Assembly: GCA_046313635.1 (NCBI GenBank)
Contig: JBKBYA010000004.1
Location: 160,001 to 224,000, forward strand
Length of the DNA: 64,000 nucleotides
From: Pyrinomonadaceae bacterium
GTDB taxonomy: Bacteria; Acidobacteriota; Blastocatellia; Pyrinomonadales; Pyrinomonadaceae
Direction of reading: 5' to 3'
Positions 53,266 through 62,889 of this stretch are shown here, piece after piece. The translations under genes and the position numbers were made by a program. A model generated the notes under the pieces. It made no database searches. It had not been told where the DNA came from and was given only the letters and a program-made list of their open reading frames with translations. Numbering within the stretch: position 1 is the stretch's first letter; each line of letters opens with the position of its first letter.

Positions 53266-54402
53266 ATGAAGATAGGTCTACCAAAAGAGATCAAAGACAA
53301 CGAGTATCGCGTAGGTTTGACGCCGGCCGGCGTCAGGGCGCTGGTCGATGCGGGGCACACGCTGTTTGTGCAGAAGTCGGCGGGCGAGGGTTCGGGCTTC
53401 AGCGACGAGCAGTACGTCAAGGCCGGCGCGAAGATCGTCGACTCGGCCGACGACGTCTGGGCCGAGGGCGACATGATCGTCAAGGTCAAGGAGCCGATCG
53501 CTCCCGAGTACCCGCGGATGCGCGAGAATCAGCTGCTTTTCACATACCTGCACCTTGCACCCGAATTCGAGCTGACCAAGCAAATGATGGAGCGCAAGGT
53601 GACCGGCGTCGCGTACGAGACGATCACCGACATTCACGGCAAGCTCCCGCTGCTGACGCCGATGTCCGAGGTCGCGGGCCGCATGTCGGTGCAGGTCGGT
53701 GCGACCTATCTCGAAAAGATGAATGGCGGCAAGGGCGTTCTGCTCGGCGGCGTGCCCGGCGTTCCGGCCGCTAACGTCGTGATCATCGGCGGCGGCGTCG
53801 TCGGTACCGAGGCCGCGAAGATGGCCGTCGGTCTCGGCGCCCGCGTCACGATCATTGACCGCAATCTCGACCGCCTGCGTCAGCTCGACGATATCTTTCT
53901 TTCAAAGGTCCAGACGCTCGCCTCGTCGCGTTACGCGATCGAAGAGGCGATCTCGCATGCCGATCTCGTGATCGGAGCCGTGCTGGTCGTCGGCGCCGCC
54001 GCGCCGAAGCTCGTCACGCGCGATATGCTGCACCTCATTCCGCAGGGAGCGGTGCTTGTCGATGTCGCTGTCGATCAGGGCGGATGCTTTGAGACGACGC
54101 ACGCGACGACGCACTCCAACCCGACGTACTTTGAAGAGGGCGTTCTGCACTACTGCGTCGCGAATATGCCGGGAGCCGTGCCGCGCACGTCGACATTCGC
54201 GCTGACCAACGCGACGCTGCCGTACGCTCTGGACCTTGCGAACAAGGGCTTTGAACGCGCGATCGCCGAGGACGCGGGCCTCAAGGAAGGCGTCAACACA
54301 TACGCCGGCAAATGCACCTACCAAGCGGTCGCGACCTCGCAGAATATCGAATACACGCCGCTCGACTCGCTGCTCGACGGAAAGTCGGCATCGGCGGCGT
54401 AG
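53266..54402 (+). CDS. ald: Alanine dehydrogenase
   Basis: [47 protein letters not shown]. Confidence 0.97.
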   Translation: MKIGLPKEIKDNEYRVGLTPAGVRALVDAGHTLFVQKSAGEGSGFSDEQYVKAGAKIVDSADDVWAEGDMIVKVKEPIAPEYPRMRENQLLFTYLHLAPEFELTKQMMERKVTGVAYETITDIHGKLPLLTPMSEVAGRMSVQVGATYLEKMNGGKGVLLGGVPGVPAANVVIIGGGVVGTEAAKMAVGLGARVTIIDRNLDRLRQLDDIFLSKVQTLASSRYAIEEAISHADLVIGAVLVVGAAAPKLVTRDMLHLIPQGAVLVDVAVDQGGCFETTHATTHSNPTYFEEGVLHYCVANMPGAVPRTSTFALTNATLPYALDLANKGFERAIAEDAGLKEGVNTYAGKCTYQAVATSQNIEYTPLDSLLDGKSASAA

Positions 54403-54622
54403 TCAGAACCATCTGCGGTAGCGGGTGGTTGAGCGTTTGGGAAATGAACCCTTAATAGACGCGAAGCAGCGAAAATCAATTCGCGGATTCGCGTCTATTT
54501 CGTTTTTCGCGGGCAAATGTTTTCGCTGTTGAAGATACTAATCGGATTCGATGTTGAGTTTGTCTGGATCGTGGAGTCTTTGATTTGATCTTAAACCACC
54601 CGCTGCCGCAGGTGGTTCTTAC
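54402..54622. repeat. REPIN-like inverted REP doublet with internal hairpin
   Basis: GTCAGAACCATCTGCGGTAGCGGGTGGTT ... AACCACCCGCTGCCGCAGGTGGTTCTTAC. Confidence 0.8.
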
Positions 54623-54624
54623 CG

Positions 54625-56052
54625 ATGTACGAGTTTGCAGTAACACCCGCTATCACTCAGCTTCGCCGGCCGGGCGTGACGATCACAGAGGTCGCGCCGG
54701 GCAGTCTTGGCGAGGAGCTCGAGCTTGCGCCGAATGACCGGATCGTAAAGGTCAACGGCCGCACGGTGCGGGACTATCTTGACTTCAGGTTTCAGACCGG
54801 CGGCGAGACCGAGCTGACATTTCAGGTGCGCAAACCGAGCGGGGAATTGATCGAGATCGAATTTGACCGCGACGAGGACGAGGACTTCGGCTTGATGTTT
54901 GAGCAGATCATCCCGCGGCAGTGCGCGAACGAATGTCTGTTCTGCTTTTGCAAAGGCAATCCCGAGGACGCGCGGGCCTCGCTCTTCGTCCGTGACGAGG
55001 ACATTCGACTCTCGTTCCTTTACGGCAACTACACCACGCTCTCGTCGATCACCGAGGACGAGATGAACCGCATCGTCGAGCAGCGTCTCTCGCCGCAGTA
55101 CGTGTCGGTGCACGCGACCGATCTTAAGACGCGAGCATATCTGCTCGGCGTCGACGAAAAGCGAGCCGACATATCCGACAAGCTCCAGCGCCTGCTCGAC
55201 AACGACATCGAGATCCACGCGCAGGTCGTGCTTTGTCCCGAGATCAACGACGGCAAGATCCTCGAAAAGACGCTTCGCGATCTCGCCTCGCATTATCCCA
55301 AGGTCGTCAGCACGGCGGTCGTTCCCGTCGCTCTAACGCGCTACAACACCGACGAGCGGCTCACGCGCGTCACGCCGGAATTCTGCCGCCGCACGATCCG
55401 CGAGGTCGAAAACCTCCAAATGGAATTTCGCCGCATGCTGGGCACCACCTTCGCTTTCCTCGGCGACGAGATCTACATCAAGGGCGGCGTCGACATTCCG
55501 TCCCGCCGGCATTACGGCAATTACCCGCAGATCGAAGACGGCGTCGGAATGGTGCGGTCGTTTTTGAACGCGTTCGAGAAGTTAATGCGGAATGCGGAAC
55601 GTGGAGTGCGGAATTCGGGAGCTCGATCTCAGATCGCCGTTTCGGCCGACGTTCGAACGCACCCAAGTGCGCTGACACCGCGCATTCCGCATTCCGCACT
55701 CCGCATTCCGCACTCGAAGTTCGGCACGATCCTGACGGGTGAGATGTTCGCGCCGTATCTTTCAGTATTGATCGAGCGGTACAACGAGCTGCGTGGAGCT
55801 CGGCTGAATGTGCTTGCGGTTCCCAATACCTATTTCGGCGGCGACGTCGCGGTCGCCGGGCTTCTGACGGGGCGCGACTATCTCAATGTTAGGGACAAGA
55901 TCGCGGGAGATTTTGTCGTCATTCCAAAGCACACGATCAAGTCGGACGAGCCGATCCTCCTGGACGGAATGACATTCGATGAACTAAAGGCCGCCTTCTC
56001 GGTGCCGATATACGACCTCGATCTCGACGGCCTTATCGCCTTCCTCTCCTGA
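54625..56052 (+). CDS. PDZ + radical SAM-like DUF512 protein
   Basis: N-terminal PDZ, CANECLFCF, DEDIRLSFLYGNY, YVSVHAT, PQIEDGVG, VAGLLTG. Confidence 0.9.
   Translation: MYEFAVTPAITQLRRPGVTITEVAPGSLGEELELAPNDRIVKVNGRTVRDYLDFRFQTGGETELTFQVRKPSGELIEIEFDRDEDEDFGLMFEQIIPRQCANECLFCFCKGNPEDARASLFVRDEDIRLSFLYGNYTTLSSITEDEMNRIVEQRLSPQYVSVHATDLKTRAYLLGVDEKRADISDKLQRLLDNDIEIHAQVVLCPEINDGKILEKTLRDLASHYPKVVSTAVVPVALTRYNTDERLTRVTPEFCRRTIREVENLQMEFRRMLGTTFAFLGDEIYIKGGVDIPSRRHYGNYPQIEDGVGMVRSFLNAFEKLMRNAERGVRNSGARSQIAVSADVRTHPSALTPRIPHSALRIPHSKFGTILTGEMFAPYLSVLIERYNELRGARLNVLAVPNTYFGGDVAVAGLLTGRDYLNVRDKIAGDFVVIPKHTIKSDEPILLDGMTFDELKAAFSVPIYDLDLDGLIAFLS
55584..55714. repeat. Inverted heptamer array (AATGCGG / CCGCATT) inside a CDS
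   Basis: Four left units and five right units around a roughly 66-nt spacer; reading frame open throughout. Confidence 0.85.
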
Positions 56053-56062
56053 TCCCGCGGGA

Positions 56063-56878
56063 TCAGTTCCTCGTAAAGTTATAGACGATCACGCCCGTGA
56101 CCTTCACCGGGACCTTTGACAAAAGGGTCGGGTCAAACCGCGCCCGCCGCGCGGCATCCTCGGCGACTTTGCGAAACATCGGATGACCGTCGACGGCTTT
56201 TGCCGACGTCACGACACCTTCCTCATCGATCGCGACCTGCACGCTCACCTTTCCCTGCAGGTTCAAGGCGACCGCTCCCGGCGGATAGGTCGGCACCGGC
56301 AGGAGCTTTGCGCGGCCGTTGATGACGCCGAGTGTTTTCGTGACCGGCGGGCGGGGCGGCGGAGGCGGTTCGACGACGGGACGCGCCGTGCCGGCGGTAT
56401 CATCTCTCTCGGGCGCGACATCAGAACCGCTGCTCGAACTGGTCGTCGCGGCACCGCGGTCAGAGTCGAACGACGGCGGGCCCGCGATCTCGCGCGCATT
56501 CGGATCGATAATGAAGCGGCCGTCCGGTCGAGACATTTGTGTCGGCCGCTCGGTCGAGATAGGCGGGATGTCGATCGGCTGCTCGTCGGGCCGCATTATG
56601 TTCGCCTGACGCCTCGGCAGCTCGGTGCGTTCCTGCGGCGATCGATCTTGTCGGCGCGGCCTGGAGGGCTCGGGCGCGGCGGCGGGCGGCTCGACCGGAG
56701 CGAGCATCGCGGAGAGCTCAAATTCGTCGGTGCCGAGCGAGATGTCGGCGGCGTAGATGCTGACGACAACGGCGGCGGCAAACAGCAGCCCGACGACGGC
56801 GGTAGAGACTGCAAAGTACTTCCTGCGGCCGCGCAGGTCGGCGGCGTCAGAGGCGGATTCGATCAGCTTGTCAAACAT
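56063..56878 (-). CDS. tonB: Energy transducer TonB
   Basis: MFDKLIES, N-terminal TM, Pro-rich linker, PTYP...GKVSVQVAIDEEG...VIVYNF C-domain. Confidence 0.85.
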   Translation of the reverse strand: MFDKLIESASDAADLRGRRKYFAVSTAVVGLLFAAAVVVSIYAADISLGTDEFELSAMLAPVEPPAAAPEPSRPRRQDRSPQERTELPRRQANIMRPDEQPIDIPPISTERPTQMSRPDGRFIIDPNAREIAGPPSFDSDRGAATTSSSSGSDVAPERDDTAGTARPVVEPPPPPRPPVTKTLGVINGRAKLLPVPTYPPGAVALNLQGKVSVQVAIDEEGVVTSAKAVDGHPMFRKVAEDAARRARFDPTLLSKVPVKVTGVIVYNFTRN

Positions 56879-57073
56879 GGCTTCCTCCTGATTCCTGTCC
56901 GGTGCCAACCGATGACTCGATAGACACCGGTTCGGCCAAGAAGGTTTCAGGATCATTTGTGTTACAAAAGCGTTAACTCGGTGTTTTGCCTTTTTTGACC
57001 CTGCTTGTGTCCCGAACCATACTTGGACGTGCAGCACATCAGTATTTACAATCAACTTCGAACAAAAAAATCT

Positions 57074-58192
57074 ATGAATAGAGAATTGAGAACAGTCAGT
57101 CTGCTGACGCTGCTGACGATCGTGTCGGCGCTTATCGCGGCCGGCTGCAGCGGCCAACGCGTGGGCACATCGAGCGATCCGGCAAATGGGGACCGTGCGG
57201 GCTCCGGCGGTGCCGTGCGGCTTCAGGGTTCCGGCTCGACGTTCGTCAAGCCGATGATGGACAAATGGACAAGTGAGTACGGCAAGGCTCATCCCAACGT
57301 ACGTGCGGATTACCAGTCGACGGGCTCGGGAGCGGGCATCAAGGCGATCCAGGGGCAAACGGTCAATTTCGGAGCGACGGACGCGGCGATGAGCGACGAG
57401 GAGATGAAGCAGTCGCCCGCCGAGATCGTTCACGTTCCGGTCATCCTCGGCGCCGTTGTGTTGACCTACAATCTCGAGGGCGTCAAAGAGCCGCTGCGAC
57501 TCTCGCCTGAGGTGATCGCGGATATTTTTCTGGGCAAGATCAAAAAGTGGGACGACCCGAGGCTCAAGAGCGACAACCCGAACGCCGCTCTGCCGTCGAC
57601 CGACATCACGCCCGTTTACCGCTCGGACGGCAGCGGGACGTCGGACGTATTTACGGACTTTTTGTCAAAATCCAGCGAAGAATGGAAACAGAAGGTCGGC
57701 CGGACCAAAAATCCGCAGCTACCGCAGGGCGTGGGCATCGGCGCCAAGGGCAACGAGGGCGTGATGGGACAGGTCAAGCAAACGCCGAACACGATCGGCT
57801 ACGTCGAGCTGACCTTTGCAAAGGCCAACAATCTCCCGGCGGCACTTGTCAAGAATCCGGCCGGCGAATTTGTCGAGCCCGGTCCAGACACCGTCTCGGC
57901 GGCCGCGGCCGGCGTGCTCGGCAATGCACCTGCCGATCTGCGGATGCAGATCACCAATGCGCAGGGAGCCAACGCCTATCCGATCTCGGGGATGGTCTAC
58001 GCGCTCATATATAAGGACCAAAAAGATCCTAACGTCGGCAAGACGCTGGTCGATTTTCTCTGGTGGGCCACGCACGATGGGCAGGCGTTTGCGAGAGACC
58101 TGCACTACGCACCGCTCCCTCCGGAACTCGTCGCACGCGTTGAAGAAAAACTTCGGTCCATCACGTCGGGCGGTCAGGCGCTTCGGCCGTAG
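57074..58192 (+). CDS. pstS: Phosphate ABC transporter substrate-binding lipoprotein
   Basis: Lipobox AAGC, GSGSTF, YQSTGSGAG, RSDGSGT, IGYVE, AYPIS. Confidence 0.95.
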   Translation: MNRELRTVSLLTLLTIVSALIAAGCSGQRVGTSSDPANGDRAGSGGAVRLQGSGSTFVKPMMDKWTSEYGKAHPNVRADYQSTGSGAGIKAIQGQTVNFGATDAAMSDEEMKQSPAEIVHVPVILGAVVLTYNLEGVKEPLRLSPEVIADIFLGKIKKWDDPRLKSDNPNAALPSTDITPVYRSDGSGTSDVFTDFLSKSSEEWKQKVGRTKNPQLPQGVGIGAKGNEGVMGQVKQTPNTIGYVELTFAKANNLPAALVKNPAGEFVEPGPDTVSAAAAGVLGNAPADLRMQITNAQGANAYPISGMVYALIYKDQKDPNVGKTLVDFLWWATHDGQAFARDLHYAPLPPELVARVEEKLRSITSGGQALRP

Positions 58193-58215
58193 CCGCTGGT
58201 CGCAGGGAGCATCAA

Positions 58216-59145
58216 TTGGCACAGACGAATAGTCCGGGCGATAAGATCTTTCGTGCGATTCTGGTCGCCGCCGCCGCGTTCATCCTCGTGATCGTGGCGG
58301 CGATGATCGGCGTTATGCTCGAGTATTCGATGCCGACGATCTCGAGGTTCGGGCTCGGATTTCTCACCGGGCTCGAGTGGAACCCGGCGATGGACCGCTA
58401 CGGCGCGCTGCCCTTCATTTACGGGACCGTCGTATCGTCGCTCATCGCCCTCGTGATCGCGGTGCCGATCTCGCTGGGCATCGCCATTTTTCTTACAGAG
58501 CAGGCTGACGCGCGATTGGCACGGCCCGTCGCGTTTCTGGTCGAGCTGCTTGCCGCGATCCCGTCGGTGGTATACGGGCTTTGGGGGATCTTTGTCCTCG
58601 CTCCGTTCGTGCGTGAGTATCTGGGACACTTTCTTCAGACATATCTCGGATTTATCCCTTTGTTTCAGGGGCGACTTACCGGGATCGGAATGCTGACCGG
58701 CGGCCTGATACTCGCGATAATGATCACGCCGATCATCACGGCGGTGATCCGCGAGGTCCTCGAAGCGGTGCCCGCCGCTCAGCGAGAAGCGGCTCTCGCG
58801 CTCGGGGCCACCAAGTGGGAGACGACACAGATCGTGCTCGCCAACGCCGCGTCCGGGATTGCCGGTGCGGTCGTGCTGGGCCTCGGCCGGGCTCTCGGCG
58901 AGACGATGGCCGTCACAATGGTGATCGGCAATACGCCGCAGATCTCGGCGTCGCTGCTTGAGCCGGCGTATACGATCGCGTCGGTGCTGGCGAGCAATTT
59001 TGCCGACGCCACGGGCGAGATCTATCTCAGCGCGCTGATCGAGATCGGGCTGATCCTGTTTCTGGTGACCTTTGTCGTGAACGCCATCGCAAAGCTTCTC
59101 GTCGCCGGCGTCGCCGGGCGGCAGGGAAGGGCCGCGGGACACTGA
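58216..59145 (+). CDS. pstC: Phosphate ABC permease
   Basis: ELLAAIPSVVYGLWG, REAALALGATKWE, GRALGETMAV. Confidence 0.95.
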   Translation: MAQTNSPGDKIFRAILVAAAAFILVIVAAMIGVMLEYSMPTISRFGLGFLTGLEWNPAMDRYGALPFIYGTVVSSLIALVIAVPISLGIAIFLTEQADARLARPVAFLVELLAAIPSVVYGLWGIFVLAPFVREYLGHFLQTYLGFIPLFQGRLTGIGMLTGGLILAIMITPIITAVIREVLEAVPAAQREAALALGATKWETTQIVLANAASGIAGAVVLGLGRALGETMAVTMVIGNTPQISASLLEPAYTIASVLASNFADATGEIYLSALIEIGLILFLVTFVVNAIAKLLVAGVAGRQGRAAGH

Positions 59146-59146
59146 T

Positions 59147-60013
59147 ATGAACGACTCACGCTCGACGCCAGCCGTCGATATGAAAGTATCGAACCGCCGC
59201 CGGAGGATGATCAGCGGTCTGATGGCGACGCTGACGGCGCTCTGCGCCGTATTTGCGATCGGGATACTGCTGGTCATTCTCGGCTATATCGGCGTCCGAG
59301 GCGTGTCGTCGCTCGACCTTCAATTCCTGATCGACACCCCAAAGCCGGTCGGCGAAGGCGGCGGCATCGGCAACGCGATCGTCGGCTCATTCCTGATGAC
59401 TGGGCTCGCGAGTCTCGTCGGCCTGCCGATCGGTATCGCCGCTGGGGTCTATCTCGCCGAGTTCGGCAGCGGATGGTTTGGCCGCATCGTGCGATTCGTC
59501 GCAGACACGATGACCGGCATCCCGTCGATCATTGTCGGGATATTCGTTTTTACGGTCTTTGTTTTGCCGATGGGGCGGCAGTCGGGTCTGGCAGGCAGTA
59601 TCGCGCTCGCGATCATTATGATCCCGATCGTCGCCCGAACGACCGAGGAGATGATCCGCCTCGTGCCCCAGGCGATGCGCGAAGGAGCCCTCGCCCTCGG
59701 AGCTCCGAATTGGCGCGTGACGTGGGACATCGTTCTCCCGGCGGCCCGGGCGGGCATCGCGACCGGCGCAATGCTCGCGATCGCACGCGTATCGGGCGAG
59801 ACGGCACCGCTGCTTTTCACGGCGCTCAACAGTCGTTTTTACAACTTTTATCTGGATCAGCCGATGGCGTCGCTGACCGTGCAGATATTCAACTACGCGA
59901 CCGGCCCCTTCGAGATCGAATGGCGGATGGCTTGGGCGGCGACGCTCGTTCTGATGACGCTGATCCTCGTGATCAACGTCGCGGTCAGGTATCTTACGAG
60001 GAAGAGATATTGA
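59147..60013 (+). CDS. pstA: Phosphate ABC permease
   Basis: GVYLAEF, GIPSIIVG, RTTEE, ARVSGETAPL. Confidence 0.95.
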   Translation: MNDSRSTPAVDMKVSNRRRRMISGLMATLTALCAVFAIGILLVILGYIGVRGVSSLDLQFLIDTPKPVGEGGGIGNAIVGSFLMTGLASLVGLPIGIAAGVYLAEFGSGWFGRIVRFVADTMTGIPSIIVGIFVFTVFVLPMGRQSGLAGSIALAIIMIPIVARTTEEMIRLVPQAMREGALALGAPNWRVTWDIVLPAARAGIATGAMLAIARVSGETAPLLFTALNSRFYNFYLDQPMASLTVQIFNYATGPFEIEWRMAWAATLVLMTLILVINVAVRYLTRKRY

Positions 60014-60152
60014 GGCGGTCTACGGGGGCTTTGCTCGTCCATTTGCGGACAAGCTTGGCTTTTCAGCAAACAGATCGGCGTGGCCGCACGTTGAATTGAA
60101 AAGTGTTGTTTTTGATCGATCTAATTTGAGATAGGTAATATTGCCATTTGAG

Positions 60153-60980
60153 ATGGACGCAGCCACGAGACAGTCAATGATGAGCACCGAACGCGGGCCG
60201 AGCATCGCACCTGAGCCGAACGCCGAAAGCAAGATCAGCGTGCGTAACCTGAACTTTTTCTACGGCAAGGCGCAGGCGCTCTACGACATCTCGCTCGAGA
60301 TACCCGAGCGCGAGGTGATGGCCTTTATCGGGCCGTCGGGATGCGGCAAATCGACATTCCTGCGCACGCTCAACCGGATGAACGACACGATCCCGGGCGC
60401 GCGCGTCGAGGGGACCGTGACGATCGACGGACGCGATATATACTCGTCGGGAACCGACGTCGTCAGCCTAAGGCGCAAGGTCGGGATGGTATTTCAAAAG
60501 TCGAACCCGTTCCCGAAATCCATCTTCGAAAATGTCGCGTACGGCGTGCGGATCAACCGCATGGCGTCGAGCAAGGGCGATCTCGAGGCGCGGGTCGAGA
60601 AGGCGCTTCGCGACGCGGCGCTGTGGGACGAGGTCAAGGACCGGCTCAAGACTTCGGCATTCGGGCTCTCGGGCGGCCAGCAGCAGCGGCTGTGCATCGC
60701 ACGGGCGCTCGCCGTCGAACCCGAGGTCGTGCTGATGGACGAGCCCGCGTCGGCGCTTGACCCGCTCGCGACGCAAAAGATCGAGGAGCTCATCGTCGAG
60801 CTCAAAAAGAAGTACACGATCGTCATCGTCACGCACAATATGCAGCAGGCCGCCCGCGTCTCTGACCGCACATCGTTCTTCTTGCTCGGCAAGCTGATCG
60901 AAACAAGCCCGACGCGGAAAATGTTTACGAGCCCCGACGAAAAAACGACCGAGGATTACATTACGGGACGATTCGGATAA
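60153..60980 (+). CDS. pstB: Phosphate ABC ATPase
   Basis: [38 protein letters not shown]; start uncertain. Confidence 0.96.
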   Translation: MDAATRQSMMSTERGPSIAPEPNAESKISVRNLNFFYGKAQALYDISLEIPEREVMAFIGPSGCGKSTFLRTLNRMNDTIPGARVEGTVTIDGRDIYSSGTDVVSLRRKVGMVFQKSNPFPKSIFENVAYGVRINRMASSKGDLEARVEKALRDAALWDEVKDRLKTSAFGLSGGQQQRLCIARALAVEPEVVLMDEPASALDPLATQKIEELIVELKKKYTIVIVTHNMQQAARVSDRTSFFLLGKLIETSPTRKMFTSPDEKTTEDYITGRFG

Positions 60981-60982
60981 GC

Positions 60983-61087
60983 GGCGAGGGGCGAGGTGTG
61001 AGTGGTGAACGGTGAATGGTGAATGGTGAATGGTAAATGGGGGAGGAGACCAATTTCTCGTCACTCGCCACTCGTCACTTGTCACTA
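60983..61087. repeat. Heptamer arrays (GGTGAAT-type and CTCGTCA-type)
   Basis: Eight 7-bp units on the left, four on the right. Confidence 0.85.
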
Positions 61088-61093
61088 ACAGAT

Positions 61094-61756
61094 ATGGAAG
61101 AACACAGACTTATCGGCAAGCGGCTCGAGCACTTGCGTGAGCTTGTACTCGAAATGGGCAACGAGGCCCGGGCAGCCGTGGACCGCTCCATGCAGTCGAT
61201 CGTCGAACGCAACAGCGACCTCGCGGCCGAGGTGCTGGCACACGACGACGCGATCGACCGTCTCGAGCTCGAGATCGATCGCGAGGTCATCGAGATATTT
61301 GCGCTGCAGCAGCCCGCGGCCCGCGACCTGCGCTTTGTCATCGCGGTCGCCAAGATCACGCCCGTTCTCGAGCGTATCGCCGATCACGCCGGCAATATCG
61401 CGTCGGCGGCGATCGAGCTCAACAACGAGCCGCCGCTCGCCGAGTACGTCGACTTTCCAAAGATGGCCGCACGGGCGTCGGACATGCTCAGGCAGGCGAT
61501 CGACGCTTTCAATAACGAAGATTCAAACCTCGCCCGCCGCGTCATCGCGCTCGACAAAGAGATCGACTCGATCTACCACAAGGTCGTCCGCGAGCTGATG
61601 GACCATATGCGCACCGAGCCCGCGACGTCGACACGCGTGATGCAGCTGCTCTTCGTCGCCAAGCACATCGAGCGGATCGGCGATTATGTCAAAGACGTCT
61701 GCGAGCTGGCCGTCTATATGATCGAAGCTGAATTTATCAAGCACCAGCCGGAGTAG
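61094..61756 (+). CDS. phoU: Phosphate signalling protein PhoU
   Basis: QQPAARDLR, LERIADHA, ERIGDY. Confidence 0.95.
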   Translation: MEEHRLIGKRLEHLRELVLEMGNEARAAVDRSMQSIVERNSDLAAEVLAHDDAIDRLELEIDREVIEIFALQQPAARDLRFVIAVAKITPVLERIADHAGNIASAAIELNNEPPLAEYVDFPKMAARASDMLRQAIDAFNNEDSNLARRVIALDKEIDSIYHKVVRELMDHMRTEPATSTRVMQLLFVAKHIERIGDYVKDVCELAVYMIEAEFIKHQPE

Positions 61757-61825
61757 AGTTCAAAGTTCCAGGTTCAAAGTTCAAAGTCGGACTGCGACGC
61801 AACCTTGAACTTTGAACCTGGAGCT
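61757..61825. repeat. Inverted heptamer array (AGTTCAA / TTGAACT) between convergent genes
   Basis: AGTTCAA AGTTCCA GGTTCAA AGTTCAA ... TTGAACT TTGAACC TGGAGCT. Confidence 0.85.
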
Positions 61826-62823
61826 TACGCCCCGTTCTTCGTCGCGATGATCTCCGCCGCGATCGAGACGGCGATCTCGTCGGGCGTGCGGCTGTTGATC
61901 GGCAGGCCGATCGGTGTGCGGATGAGGTCGAGACGTTCTTTTGAAATTCCCTCGGCGATAAGCTCCTTGAACAGCGTCGCCATCTTTGCCTTGCTCCCGA
62001 GCACGCCGAAGTACTTGAAATCCTTGTCGACAAGCTGCCGTATCACGACCGCGTCCGACGCGTAGCCGAGCGTCATCACGACGACGTAGGCATCGTCGCC
62101 ATTCCGGACCAGCTCCCCGATCTGATCGTAGCTCTCGACGATCCGCTTCTCGTCGGCGAATTCGTTTTTCTCGATCGTATTGAGGTCGGGCCGGTCGTCG
62201 AAAAGCGATATGTGAAAGCCGAGCCTCGCCATCAGCTCCGACAACGCGAGAGCGCAGTGCCCGCCGCCGATGATGTATAGCCGCGGCCGCTTGCCGATCA
62301 CTTCGGAATACACAAAACCGCTTCCAGCCGTTCGTCTAAATTCGATCGGCCGATCTCCGCCCGGCGACATTCGCCGCGTCCCGCAGACATCGGGCCCCGC
62401 GGCAAACGTCGACTCCGTGATCAGCAGCGTATAACCGCCCGCGCGGTCGTGCGCGTCGATGACGATCTTGACCGTATCGAGATCGCTTTGCGTGAGCTTT
62501 CTAACGATCACGGACTGTCGGCCCGAGCAGATCATTCCGCTCGCATTCTCAACGTCGCGGCGATGAATTTGTTCGATAAGTGCCGGCGGTAAACCACCCG
62601 CGTGTGGACGTGACAAGATGCCCCGCGCCTGCTCGACGAGATTCACCTCCATCACGCCGCCGCCGATGCTGCCGAATAATTCGCCGTCGGCGCCGACCGC
62701 CATTTTGTAACCCTGACGACCGGGACTCGAGCCTGAGCTCTCAGCGACGACGAGCAGCATCACGTGCTCACCGCGCCTGAGGCGAGCGGCGACAAATTGC
62801 CATAGTTCGAGTTCTTTAGACAC
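61825..62823 (-). CDS. xdhC: XdhC/CoxI xanthine dehydrogenase accessory protein
   Basis: GSSPG, GSIGGG, MICSG, IGGGH, YFGVLGSKAK, TPDEIAVSIAAE. Confidence 0.9.
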   Translation of the reverse strand: MSKELELWQFVAARLRRGEHVMLLVVAESSGSSPGRQGYKMAVGADGELFGSIGGGVMEVNLVEQARGILSRPHAGGLPPALIEQIHRRDVENASGMICSGRQSVIVRKLTQSDLDTVKIVIDAHDRAGGYTLLITESTFAAGPDVCGTRRMSPGGDRPIEFRRTAGSGFVYSEVIGKRPRLYIIGGGHCALALSELMARLGFHISLFDDRPDLNTIEKNEFADEKRIVESYDQIGELVRNGDDAYVVVMTLGYASDAVVIRQLVDKDFKYFGVLGSKAKMATLFKELIAEGISKERLDLIRTPIGLPINSRTPDEIAVSIAAEIIATKNGA

Positions 62824-62836
62824 GGCGGCTACGGAG

Positions 62837-62889
62837 TAGATGATCGTTGATAGATGAAAGGTCTCATCTCATCTATTAACTATCATCTA
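62837..62889. repeat. Inverted heptamer array (TAGATGA / TCATCTA)
   Basis: TAGATGA TCGTTGA TAGATGA ... TCATCTA TTAACTA TCATCTA; contains the xdhB stop codon. Confidence 0.75.

Noticed and set aside
56879..57433. N-terminal extension of the 456-aa TonB ORF
   Set aside because: It overlaps pstS antisense; the true start is MFDKLIES at 56878 with SD AGGAGG.
60983..61825. Short repeat arrays as possible CRISPR
   Set aside because: Units are 7 bp, tandem and lack unique spacers; no cas genes.
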